This document shows positions 52,920 to 61,988 of a DNA stretch of 64,000 bases, one piece after another (position 1 is the first letter of the stretch; the number at the start of each line of letters is the position of its first letter). The DNA comes from Nitrospirae bacterium UBA2233 (GTDB lineage Bacteria; UBA2233). The stretch covers positions 1,797 through 65,796 of the forward strand of contig DDYN01000039.1 in assembly GCA_002347965.1 (NCBI GenBank), given 5' to 3'. The notes under the pieces are model-generated. The model ran no database searches. It worked only from the letters and a program-made list of their open reading frames with translations, and was not told where the DNA came from. The position numbers were made by a program, and so were the translations under genes.

Positions 52920-54293
52920 TTGCGGAATGTTTTGTCTAAAAAGACGGGCTGTTTTTTCTTCACGCTCTTCATCGCCTTTGGCGTCCTTTCCGGGCGGGTG
53001 GATGCCGCATCCGTCACTCAAGACCTTCTCGACAACCTCGTAGAAAAGGGGATCCTGACCGAGCAGGAGCACCAAGAGTTCTCCCTGCGAGCAAAGAAGG
53101 AGGAAGAGCGCCAATCTAACTCGCTCCAGGCAGGCTGGGACACGCGTCCCTACATCCGAACCAAGGACGAAGCCTTCGAGATCAAGTTTGGAAGCCGGAT
53201 CCAAGAAGACTTCAGGATTTACGAAAAGAACGACAGAGACAAAGATTCCGGCTTTCAGCTAAGGAGGGCCTACCTAGAGTTTGAAGGCAAACTACTTAAA
53301 GACTGGCTGTTCAATTTTGTTGCAGACTTTGGCAGCAACGACTCTCGCGTGCTTTACGCCCACATGGATTACGTGGCCTTTCCTTGGCTTAGCGTCCGCA
53401 TCGGCCAAGACAAAGAGCCGTTCGGGATGGAAGAGCTCACTTCCGACAAATGGCTAGACTTGATCGAGCGATCCATGATCACGCGCGCAACGACGCCGGA
53501 GTACAACTACGGGATCATGCTATACGGAAAAGTGCTAGATGAACTGCTTGGCTACAAAGTCGGCTACTACAACAGCTCGAATGCAGGAGTCTCCGGCTCT
53601 GTGGGCGGCCAGGACGTGGCGGGCAGGCTAGAAGTCTCGCCCTTAAAGCGGCTCGAAACTCCAATAAAGAACCTGAAGGTCGGGTTTAACTTCACGGCGG
53701 GCGATCAGGATTTCCACAAAATGAAGTCTGTCCGCGATCCTTCGCTTAGGGATATAATGCCCCGGATCGAGGGCAATGGGTCCCGCTACCGATTTGGCGG
53801 CGATGTCATCTGGACAAAAGGGCCAGGGTCTCTCAAGGGCGAGTACATACAAACAAAAACAGAAAGACCCAACAATCTCTCCGACATCGGCGTCAGCGGG
53901 TTTTACGTCGGGGGTACCTACATCTTGACTGGAGAGAAAAAACAGCACAGCAAGGGCGTAAAACCCAAGAAGAACTTTGACCCCAGAAACGGCGGCTGGG
54001 GGGCCTTTGAGCTGGCCGCGCGCTACGGGCAATTGTATGTAGACGACGTAGGCGGAAAGGGTCTGGCAATCGCACCGGGAGAGGGGTTCGACATGGCCGA
54101 CAATATCGTCGGGAACCAGGTAGATGCGATCGAAGTAGGGGTTAACTGGTATTTAAACCCCTTCATGAAGTTCTCCATGGCCTACAGCCATGCAATGTAC
54201 GACAAAACGGGCCCAGGGCTTTCCCCGCATGTCGGCGGGTCTTTCGAGAACAATTACGACTTCGTCCTGGGTAGATTCCAGCTGGCCTTCTAA
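52920..54293 (+). CDS. OprO/OprP-family (phosphate/anion-selective) porin
   Basis: Signal peptide; LRRAYL, GQDKEPFGMEELTS...IERS, GWGAFELAARY and GVNWYLN motifs; C-terminal Phe. Confidence 0.85.
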   Translation: MRNVLSKKTGCFFFTLFIAFGVLSGRVDAASVTQDLLDNLVEKGILTEQEHQEFSLRAKKEEERQSNSLQAGWDTRPYIRTKDEAFEIKFGSRIQEDFRIYEKNDRDKDSGFQLRRAYLEFEGKLLKDWLFNFVADFGSNDSRVLYAHMDYVAFPWLSVRIGQDKEPFGMEELTSDKWLDLIERSMITRATTPEYNYGIMLYGKVLDELLGYKVGYYNSSNAGVSGSVGGQDVAGRLEVSPLKRLETPIKNLKVGFNFTAGDQDFHKMKSVRDPSLRDIMPRIEGNGSRYRFGGDVIWTKGPGSLKGEYIQTKTERPNNLSDIGVSGFYVGGTYILTGEKKQHSKGVKPKKNFDPRNGGWGAFELAARYGQLYVDDVGGKGLAIAPGEGFDMADNIVGNQVDAIEVGVNWYLNPFMKFSMAYSHAMYDKTGPGLSPHVGGSFENNYDFVLGRFQLAF

Positions 54294-54422
54294 GCTGCCT
54301 CTAAGGGGCAAAAGGGCGTACGAGAGCGACGACCCGCACTCCCTTTTGCCCATCCTAACCCTACCCCGAAACGGCCTTCACGCCTTTATTCGCCAGCTTA
54401 AAAAGGCTATAAAATGTTTTTC

Positions 54423-54451
54423 TTGATTCCGATTCAATACTTTGCTAGGAT
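54423..54451 (+). promoter_or_regulatory. Putative sigma70 promoter for the HMGS-like/thiolase operon
   Basis: TTGATT-17 nt-TAGGAT with extended TG. Confidence 0.5.
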
Positions 54452-54660
54452 GCACCATAAGGCTTTCTAAAAACCCACGGAAAAGCCATTTTTCCTGAAA
54501 AATGGTTGTTTTTTTATGTTGAAACTGAATTGAGCTTCAGAGTATTATGAGTTTCTATGGGCATCGCACGGATGGTTCGCGGTAGTACATTAAAGAGCTT
54601 TTTCATCACTAACCCGCCCCCTTGTTGGCAAGGGGGGCAAAAGAAACGGAAGGAGGAGGC

Positions 54661-56115
54661 ATGATCGGAATCGTTTCTTATGGGGGGTATGTTCCCAGGC
54701 TTCGCCTGCCCCGGATGACCATGTTCCAAAGTATGGCCTGGTTTGCCCCGGCCACCATCGCCGTGGCCCAGGGCGAGAGGTCGGTCTGCAACTGGGATGA
54801 AGACGCCCTGAGCATGGGCGTCGAGGCGGCCAGGGACTGCCTTAAGGGTGCGGACAAGGCAGGGGTTGATGCCCTGCTTCTGGCCTCGACCACGTTGCCC
54901 TACGCGGACCGACAAAACGCCGGCATCGCCTCTACGGCGCTCAACTTAAAAAATGAAGTCCTCACTGCCGATTTTACGGGCTCATTAAAGGCCGGAACTA
55001 CGGCGATGATTTCGGCCTTCGAGAGCCTTCAAGCCGGAAACAAAAACAGCATCCTCGTGGTCGCTTCAGACAAGCGGGAGGCCAAGGCAGGCTATTTCTA
55101 CGAGATGTGGTTTGGGGACGGGGCCGCGTCCTTGCTTTTGGGCAAGGAGGGCGTGATCGCCGAGCTCAAGGGGTTCCATTCCGTCAGCTACGATTTCCCC
55201 GACCATTACCGGGATGCCGCCAAGAAGTACGACTACATTTGGGAAGAACGCTGGATTCGGGACGAGGGGTATGTCAAGATCCTGCCGGAAGCCATCAACG
55301 GGCTTCTTTCGAAGTACAGCCTATCCATCGGCGATTTCTCAAAAGTCGTTTACCCGTGCTTCTTTAGCCGGGAGCACGCCGCGATCGCCAAAAAAATCGG
55401 AGCCAGCCCCCAGATGGTTCAGGACAACATGCACGAAGCCTGCGGCGAGATGGGTACGGCCCACCCCTTGGCGATGTTTATTCATGCCCTTGAGGACGCC
55501 AAGCCCGGAGACAAGCTCCTTTTGGCCAGCTTCGGCCAGGGCTCGGACGCTTTTTGGTTCGAGGTAACAGAGAACATCGCAAAATTGCCAGCAAGGAACG
55601 GCATCAAAGGCCACCTGGCCAAACGCAAGGAAATGGAAAGCTACACCAAGTTCTGCCAGTTCCGCGATCGTCTCGGCGCCGATACCGGCATTCGGGCCGA
55701 AGTCAGCGCCCAATCCCCATTGAGCGTCCTTTGGCGAAAAAGAAAGGCGATACTTGGGTTGGTCGGGGGAAGGTGCAAGGTCTGCGGCACCCCCCAGTTT
55801 CCAAAAACGGACGTGTGCGTCAAGCCGGAATGCCATGCGGTGTACGAGCAAGAAGACTACGAATTCTCGGAAAGAAAAGCCAAAATCATCTCGTTTACCG
55901 GGGATCTGCTGGCTGTCTCTATCGACCCTCCTGCAATTTACGGGATGGTACAGTTTGACGGGGGAGGAAGGACGCTCCTTGACTTTACAGACTGCGAGCT
56001 GGAGAAGCTAGAGGTTGGTCAAACGGTAGAGATGTCCTTCCGTAAGCGGTGGTACGACAAAGAGCGGGGCTTCCACGGGTACTTCTGGAAAGCCGTTCCA
56101 CAAGAAAAAGCCTAA
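54661..56115 (+). CDS. HMG-CoA-synthase-like domain (no catalytic Cys) fused to a DUF35 zinc ribbon/OB-fold
   Basis: GIVSYGGYVPRLR, DEDALSMGVEA, GDGAA and SFGQG motifs; C-terminal CKVC...CVKPEC and OB-fold ending YFWKA; SD GGAGG. Confidence 0.85.
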   Translation: MIGIVSYGGYVPRLRLPRMTMFQSMAWFAPATIAVAQGERSVCNWDEDALSMGVEAARDCLKGADKAGVDALLLASTTLPYADRQNAGIASTALNLKNEVLTADFTGSLKAGTTAMISAFESLQAGNKNSILVVASDKREAKAGYFYEMWFGDGAASLLLGKEGVIAELKGFHSVSYDFPDHYRDAAKKYDYIWEERWIRDEGYVKILPEAINGLLSKYSLSIGDFSKVVYPCFFSREHAAIAKKIGASPQMVQDNMHEACGEMGTAHPLAMFIHALEDAKPGDKLLLASFGQGSDAFWFEVTENIAKLPARNGIKGHLAKRKEMESYTKFCQFRDRLGADTGIRAEVSAQSPLSVLWRKRKAILGLVGGRCKVCGTPQFPKTDVCVKPECHAVYEQEDYEFSERKAKIISFTGDLLAVSIDPPAIYGMVQFDGGGRTLLDFTDCELEKLEVGQTVEMSFRKRWYDKERGFHGYFWKAVPQEKA

Positions 56116-56129
56116 GGGGAGGCAAAAGA

Positions 56130-57332
56130 ATGGCAACTGGAATCAAGGATAAGGTAGCTATCATCGGAATGGGTTGCACAAAGTTCGGCGAGCGCTGGGA
56201 TGTCGGGGCAGAAGAGCTCATCGTCGAGGCGTTCCAGGAATGCATAGAGGATGCCGGTATCGACCGTAACGAGATTCAAGCGGCCTGGCAAGGCACATGC
56301 ATTGATGAGGTGAACGTCGGGAAAAGCGCGTTGGCCTTGGCCTTAACCTTGCACTTGCCCTACATTCCGGTTACCCGAACGGAGAATTTTTGCGCCACCG
56401 GAACCGAGGCGTTCCGTGGAGCCGTCTATGCGGTAGCCTCCGGGGCCTACGACATCTGCCTGGCCCTAGGGGTCGAGAAGCTCAAAGACACGGGCTATGG
56501 CGGCCTTCCTAGCATCGGGGGGGGTTCTTTGGCCTTTTTTACGATGCCCAACATGACCGCCCCAGGAGGGTTCGCCATGCTGGCCCAGGGCTATGCCGCC
56601 AAGCACGGCCTGAGCATGGACGAGGTGAAGAAGGCCATGGCCCATATTTCGGCAAAGAGCCACTATAACGGCTCGTTAAGTCCCAAGGCCCACTTGCAAA
56701 GGCCGGTTTCGGAGGATCAAATCTTGAATTCCCCGATGATCGCCTACCCACTGGGCTTGTATGACTGTTGTGGCGTAAGCGACGGGGCCGCGGCGGCTAT
56801 CGTGACGACGCCGGAAATCGCGAGAAGCCTGGGCAAGAAAGATTATGTCACGGTCAAGGCCCTGCAAATTGCCATCAGCAGCGGCGAGGAGCTCCAGTAC
56901 GACAACTGGGACTTCGATCATTTTGTAACCACCTCCAAGGCTAGCTCGCTAGCTTACAAAGAGGCCGGGGTGAACAACCCCAGAGAAGAAATCAGCATGA
57001 TGGAGGTCCATGACTGCTTTTCGATCACGGAGCTCGTGACCTACGAGGATTTGCACATCTCCGAGCGGGGAAAGGCGCCAAAGGATGTCATGGAGGGCTT
57101 CTACGACATAAACGGGAAGATTCCCTGCCAGCCCGACGGAGGCTTGAAATGCTTCGGCCATCCCATCGGTGCCTCCGGAATTCGGATGCTATATGAAATG
57201 TACCTCCAGCTGCTCGGCAGGGCGGGGAAAAGGCAGGTCCAAAACCCTAAGCTTGGCCTTACGCATAACCTGGGCGGGTTTCCGTTCATGAACATCAACA
57301 GCGTTGCCATTATCGGCCGGCATGACGTTTGA
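56130..57332 (+). CDS. SCP2/archaeal-type thiolase (acetyl-CoA acyltransferase family)
   Basis: GCTKFG, ENFCATG (Cys), SDGAAA, EVHDCF, GHPIGASG and HNLGG motifs. Confidence 0.92.
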   Translation: MATGIKDKVAIIGMGCTKFGERWDVGAEELIVEAFQECIEDAGIDRNEIQAAWQGTCIDEVNVGKSALALALTLHLPYIPVTRTENFCATGTEAFRGAVYAVASGAYDICLALGVEKLKDTGYGGLPSIGGGSLAFFTMPNMTAPGGFAMLAQGYAAKHGLSMDEVKKAMAHISAKSHYNGSLSPKAHLQRPVSEDQILNSPMIAYPLGLYDCCGVSDGAAAAIVTTPEIARSLGKKDYVTVKALQIAISSGEELQYDNWDFDHFVTTSKASSLAYKEAGVNNPREEISMMEVHDCFSITELVTYEDLHISERGKAPKDVMEGFYDINGKIPCQPDGGLKCFGHPIGASGIRMLYEMYLQLLGRAGKRQVQNPKLGLTHNLGGFPFMNINSVAIIGRHDV

Positions 57333-57459
57333 AGTCGGGAGGGGTTTAAGCAGGCTGGTCTCTCAACCTTAGACAACCCCTCTAGCCACAGGCCTTCCTT
57401 GGAACCGGGCTCATGGGTCAAGAAGGCTGATAAGCCGAGGGCTTTTAGTGAGCATCCTA

Positions 57460-58188
57460 TTAGGCGGGGCTTGGCTCCAAGCGTTCAACGGAGTCAGGCC
57501 CCGCCGCTCCTTGAAGCTCCTTCTTGAGCCGATCGGCAAGCCGATCTGCCAAGTGAAGTGGAACGGGCAGTTTCGTCTTTCGGATGCACTGAAGCGCTAC
57601 AGAAACGGCTGTTTCTGCGTCTATCCTGTGGCCTGGAGATACATAAAGCGGCTTGACGTTCGTTTTGGCCCTTACGACAAACCCGATTATAGAACCATCG
57701 TCCGGGTGGATTAGGCCAGAAACGCTCCCCGCTTCCAAGGAGGGCGCTTGAAACAGCCCAAAGAGCGGCTTTTTGGCGATCCCGATCGTTGCTAAACCAG
57801 CGACTACTCCAAGGTGGCTCGCGATCCCGAGACCTCGAGGATGGGCGACTCCCTGGCCGGAGACGAACAAGACATCGGGAACGATTTTGAGCTTCGTCAG
57901 CGTCCCGAGCATCGAATGGAGCTCCCGGAAGCTTAAGTATCCAGGAATGTAGGGGAACGTTACGGGTTTCGCGTGAAAGGCTTCCTCGAGGAGTTCAAGC
58001 CCCGGGAAAGACAGAACGACTGCGCAGGCGATTGCTGTCGGACAGCCTTTAATGGTTGCATAGGCGCAGTCAACACCCCCTACCGTCCTTAGGTTTTTGG
58101 CAAAGACGGAGGTACGCAAAGAAACCCATTCGCGAAGTGCTTTTTGGAGAGCTTTCGCCTCGACCAGAGAAAGGCAGGCCATGGCCAA
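57460..58188 (-). CDS. nfi: Endonuclease V homolog (one catalytic Asp replaced by Ser)
   Basis: GGVD, FPYIPGYLSFRE, AHPRGLGIASHLG, IGIAK and PLYVSPGH motifs. Confidence 0.9.
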   Translation of the reverse strand: MAMACLSLVEAKALQKALREWVSLRTSVFAKNLRTVGGVDCAYATIKGCPTAIACAVVLSFPGLELLEEAFHAKPVTFPYIPGYLSFRELHSMLGTLTKLKIVPDVLFVSGQGVAHPRGLGIASHLGVVAGLATIGIAKKPLFGLFQAPSLEAGSVSGLIHPDDGSIIGFVVRAKTNVKPLYVSPGHRIDAETAVSVALQCIRKTKLPVPLHLADRLADRLKKELQGAAGPDSVERLEPSPA

Positions 58189-58194
58189 CGCCGC

Positions 58195-58959
58195 TCACTC
58201 CGGCTCCGTCTTTTTTCCGAACACCTTGGCCACGACAATTGAGGCTTCGTACAGGAAAAGGAGCGGGACTGCCATGAGTGACTGCGAAAAAACATCCGGT
58301 GGGGTGAGAATGGCCGCCACAATAAAGATGATCACGACAGCATAACGGCGAAAAGAAGCAAGTTGCTTGCCCGTGACAATGCCTACCTTGGAGAAGAAGA
58401 ACGCAAACACGGGCAGCTCGAACACGACGCCAAAGGCGAACAGCATCTTTATGCTGAAGCCAAGAAATTCCTTGACCGAGATCATCGGCTGGATATACTC
58501 GTTCGAGAAGGCCAGGAAGTACTTGAACCCGAAGGGGAAAACGACGAAGTAGGCGAACGTGACCCCGACGGCAAAAAAGGCGCTCGCCGCGAGCACGAAC
58601 GGGATGGCATAGCGCCTTTCTTCCCGATAAAGGCCCGGCTCGATAAACTTCCAGATTTCGTAAAACACGACAGGGGAGGCTAAGATCAACCCCCCGATAA
58701 GGCCGACCTTAAGGTATACGAGGAATGCTTCTGGCAGCCCTGTATACACTAGCTTTAGGCCTTTTGGCATCACCTTAAGCAAAGGAAGTAAGAGAACGCG
58801 AAAGATTTGCTCCGAGAAGGTGTACGCGACCCCAAACCCCACACCCACGGCTATAAGGCTATGGATAAGCCGCGTACGGAGCTCTTTGAGATGCTCCATA
58901 AACGGCATGACCTTCAAGTCTTGCGCCATGCCGGAAGCCTTGGCTTTGAGCTGCTCCAT
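58195..58959 (-). CDS. tatC: Twin-arginine translocase subunit TatC
   Basis: EHLKELRTRL, FIEPGLY, FELP, RRYA and TPPD motifs. Confidence 0.96.
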   Translation of the reverse strand: MEQLKAKASGMAQDLKVMPFMEHLKELRTRLIHSLIAVGVGFGVAYTFSEQIFRVLLLPLLKVMPKGLKLVYTGLPEAFLVYLKVGLIGGLILASPVVFYEIWKFIEPGLYREERRYAIPFVLAASAFFAVGVTFAYFVVFPFGFKYFLAFSNEYIQPMISVKEFLGFSIKMLFAFGVVFELPVFAFFFSKVGIVTGKQLASFRRYAVVIIFIVAAILTPPDVFSQSLMAVPLLFLYEASIVVAKVFGKKTEPE

Positions 58960-59195
58960 CAAGAAACCATAGGGGGCTGAGTTGGCGGTGTTCTGCGAGA
59001 GGGAGCTTGCGGCGGGTCTTCATCCTTGAGCAGGTCGTCAAACTTAAGCTCGTCTTGGATATCCCGAGTCGCCCGCTTGACTTCACCCATTGCCTTGCCA
59101 AGAGATTTGGCGATTTCGGGCAGCTTCTGAGGCCCGATGATAACGAGTGCAACGATGAGGATAACAATGAGTTCTCCCGTCCCAATCCCAAACAT
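58959..59195 (-). CDS. tatB: TatA/TatB family subunit (TatB-like)
   Basis: MFGIGTGELIVILIVALVIIGPQKLP N-terminus. Confidence 0.85.
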   Translation of the reverse strand: MFGIGTGELIVILIVALVIIGPQKLPEIAKSLGKAMGEVKRATRDIQDELKFDDLLKDEDPPQAPSRRTPPTQPPMVS

Positions 59196-59284
59196 GACGC
59201 ATCCCTTCCTTGTATAGAAGCGCACGAAGGCGCTTTTTTCTATCCTAGTACAGGTTCAAGGGCATGTCCATGCAAAAGTACGGC

Positions 59285-59701
59285 CTAGACGTCCAAGATC
59301 ACGCGGACGCTTAGAAAGCCCCTTGACTCTTGCCGGATGGCGAAATCGTTGTAGGTAACGGCCTTAGGGATGCACCGAATACGATGCCTCTCGGGCTCGA
59401 GCGTTTCACCGAAGGCTACGAACTCGAACAACCCTTCATCCAACCCAAGAATGGCAAACCTGGAGAACAAAAGCCTGCGCGTGTCGAACGCGTAGAGCAG
59501 CTCGTTCAACGCTTCGTGCAACAGGACGTCCGCTCCTTGCTCGTGAAAGACAAAAAAGTGGCGCTCTTTGGGCAAGACGCAGCCTAGAGGCGTAAGAAGC
59601 CCTTCGAACGCTTCAAGGGCCTCCAAAAAGAGGTGGTCAAGCCCCCTTGCCCTTACCCAAAACCCGACATCGGCCGTGTGATCGATAAGCCCGGATGCCA
59701 T
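59285..59701 (-). CDS. Archease
   Basis: DHTAD, KAVTY and C-terminal ILDV motifs. Confidence 0.9.
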   Translation of the reverse strand: MASGLIDHTADVGFWVRARGLDHLFLEALEAFEGLLTPLGCVLPKERHFFVFHEQGADVLLHEALNELLYAFDTRRLLFSRFAILGLDEGLFEFVAFGETLEPERHRIRCIPKAVTYNDFAIRQESRGFLSVRVILDV

Positions 59702-59706
59702 AAGGC

Positions 59707-59967
59707 CTATGACCTCTTTAAGAGCCGAGACAGGGATTCTTTTGAAACCCCGTCCAGCATGACGAGTTTTTTGTGGCTTTTATGCCCCTTGAGGATTGTT
59801 ACGGCACACCTTGGAAGGCCGAGCGCTTCGGATAGCAAAGATGCCACGGCACGGTTTGCCTCGTTGTCATGGGGCCTTTTGGACGTGTGGACCTCAAGCG
59901 ACCCGTCAGAAAGCAAGGCTACCCGTTCGATGGCCTTCCCCGTTTTGACGTGAACGGTCAGCGTCAT
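59707..59967 (-). CDS. yggU: DUF167 (YggU) protein
   Basis: VHVK...PHDNEAN...ILKGHKSHKK; ATG 59967 overlaps the yggT stop. Confidence 0.85.
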   Translation of the reverse strand: MTLTVHVKTGKAIERVALLSDGSLEVHTSKRPHDNEANRAVASLLSEALGLPRCAVTILKGHKSHKKLVMLDGVSKESLSRLLKRS

Positions 59968-60263
59968 ACCCCTACGATCGAATACGCCAAATCTCGGAGC
60001 GTCGGGGGAACAACCATGCGAAAGAACATAATCGCAAAAATCGCGATCACGGGCGAAATGTCCAACCCTACAGGCGGAAGGACCCTGCGGATGGGCCGCA
60101 AAACGGGCTCCGTGATTCTTTCTAGGAATATAACGACAGGGTTGTAGGGGTTTGGCTGAACCCATGTAATCAGCGCGGAAATAACAATCACCCACATGTA
60201 AAGCTGCAACGCCTGGTCAAGAATGAGCGCGAGCGCGGTCAAGATGCGGGAAAAAAGTACCAT
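59964..60263 (-). CDS. yggT: YggT family membrane protein
   Basis: WVQPNPYNP, TEPVLRPIRR and LDISP motifs. Confidence 0.93.
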   Translation of the reverse strand: MVLFSRILTALALILDQALQLYMWVIVISALITWVQPNPYNPVVIFLERITEPVLRPIRRVLPPVGLDISPVIAIFAIMFFRMVVPPTLRDLAYSIVGV

Positions 60264-60267
60264 AACC

Positions 60268-61110
60268 CTAAACTCCTTTTTGGGGTGGAATCATTGCCTG
60301 CGCGCGATAGTAGGCGCTCGTGATCGCTTCGATCAAAATCCCTTTAAGCCCCAACCTTTCTAAAACAAAAAGCCCTTCCATCGTCGTTCCTTTGGGTGTG
60401 GTCACCCGCTCTTTTAGGCTCGCAAGCGAAGCGGCCTCATCCTCCTTCGCCAGCATCCCAGCCCCCAAAAACGTTTCTACGGCGACCTTCCTGGACAGTG
60501 CAGCAGGTAAACCAAGCCTTATGCCGGCCGCCGCAAAGCCCTCTAGAGCGTGCCACACAAAGGCAATGCCCGAACTGGAAAGCGCGGTGAGCGCATCCAG
60601 CTGCCCTTCCTCGAGCTCAATGGTCATTCCTACCGAAGAAAGGGCCTCGATGAGCGCCCCTTTTTTTTCTTCGGGAAACCCGGGCTCGCACAGAACCCCT
60701 ACCGGACATGCCCCTAGTGCAACCGCCAGGTTCGGCATGACCCTTGCCACATGGGCCTTTTCCCCGAGGGCTTCGCGAAGGGCCTCGATGGGAACGCCAG
60801 CGGCGATGGAAATGAGCATAACGTCCTTTCCGAGCACCTCACGGTACAAGCGAAGCCAAGGAATAACCTGCAGGGGTTTCAGTGCCAAAAGAATAGCCCT
60901 TACTCTCGATAGAACCTCTTCTATTTTTTTTACCCCCTCCAGCCCGAAAGCCTCGGCTTCAGCAACCCTTAAAGGATCCTGGTCGTGGCCGAATATCGAA
61001 CCTTTGGCTTGAGGATAGGCTCCAACGATTCCCTTGGCCATCGCCGAGCCCATTTGCCCAAGCCCGACGATCAGCAAAGGGATCACTCCACCCGGCGCCC
61101 CTTGATCCAC
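60268..61110 (-). CDS. proC: Pyrroline-5-carboxylate reductase
   Basis: GLGQMG, LKP, SIAAG, RVMPN and VTTPKGTT motifs. Confidence 0.92.
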   Translation of the reverse strand: MDQGAPGGVIPLLIVGLGQMGSAMAKGIVGAYPQAKGSIFGHDQDPLRVAEAEAFGLEGVKKIEEVLSRVRAILLALKPLQVIPWLRLYREVLGKDVMLISIAAGVPIEALREALGEKAHVARVMPNLAVALGACPVGVLCEPGFPEEKKGALIEALSSVGMTIELEEGQLDALTALSSSGIAFVWHALEGFAAAGIRLGLPAALSRKVAVETFLGAGMLAKEDEAASLASLKERVTTPKGTTMEGLFVLERLGLKGILIEAITSAYYRAQAMIPPQKGV

Positions 61111-61139
61111 GCAATTCCCCTAAATTTATCTTATTGAAC

Positions 61140-61865
61140 TTATTGAAGTTTGCCCGCCTGTCTCGGGCCGAATACGCGCGTTCCGACACGCACCATGTTG
61201 GCACCCGCTCCGATAGCATGCTCAAAATCATGGCTCGTTCCCATAGAAAGCCAGTGCATCGGGTAGCCTGCATCCTTCGCCCCTTGAAATAGTCTGCACA
61301 TCCTCTCGAAGTGCCTTCGAGAGGCGTCAATTTCAAGCTCTAGAGGAGGAATAGCCATGAGTCCAAGGACCTCGAGCGAGCAAAAGGATAGCATCTTCTC
61401 CAAGAAGCCCATGAGATCGCCCGGGAAAACGCCGGCCTTCGTCGGTTCCGCCCCGATGTTTACCTCAACCAAACACCGCACCCGGCAACGCACATTCTCG
61501 GCTAGGCTGTTCAGCCTTTGAGCAAGCTCGACCGTATCGAGCGTCTGGATGACCGAAAAACTCTCGATCGCTTTTTTGGCCTTGTTCGCCTGGAGCCTAC
61601 CGATGAGGTGCCATTCGACGGACAAGCCTTGCAGCTCGGCCATCTTGGCCCTCGCCTCCTGGACATAGTTCTCCCCAAACAGCCTGGCCCCATCCTTGAC
61701 GAGTGGCTCAAGAATCCAGGCGGGCTGTCTTTTGGACGCCAAAAGAAGCGCTACGGCCTCCGACGAGCCGTGATGGCGTAGCGCTAGCTCCCTTACCTTC
61801 GAGCGAACCTCGCAATACCTGGCGCAAACCTGCTCAATTTCGTGCGCTCTTTCTTGGACGTCCAT
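61140..61865 (-). CDS. yggS: PLP homeostasis protein YggS/PipY
   Basis: ASK, FGENYVQE, WHLIGRLQANK, LSMGTS and VRVGT motifs. The true start is near 61865-61886, not 62504. Confidence 0.93.
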   Translation of the reverse strand: MDVQERAHEIEQVCARYCEVRSKVRELALRHHGSSEAVALLLASKRQPAWILEPLVKDGARLFGENYVQEARAKMAELQGLSVEWHLIGRLQANKAKKAIESFSVIQTLDTVELAQRLNSLAENVRCRVRCLVEVNIGAEPTKAGVFPGDLMGFLEKMLSFCSLEVLGLMAIPPLELEIDASRRHFERMCRLFQGAKDAGYPMHWLSMGTSHDFEHAIGAGANMVRVGTRVFGPRQAGKLQ

Positions 61866-61988
61866 CGCGCTTTGAGAACATCTCATCTCCTTAACATAGC
61901 ATGCAAGCCACGCTCGGCCAAGAGTTGCAACGTAGCCCGGAGTAAGGAACACTAAGTTATAGAAGTTTTCATCAAAGGAGGATAAACA

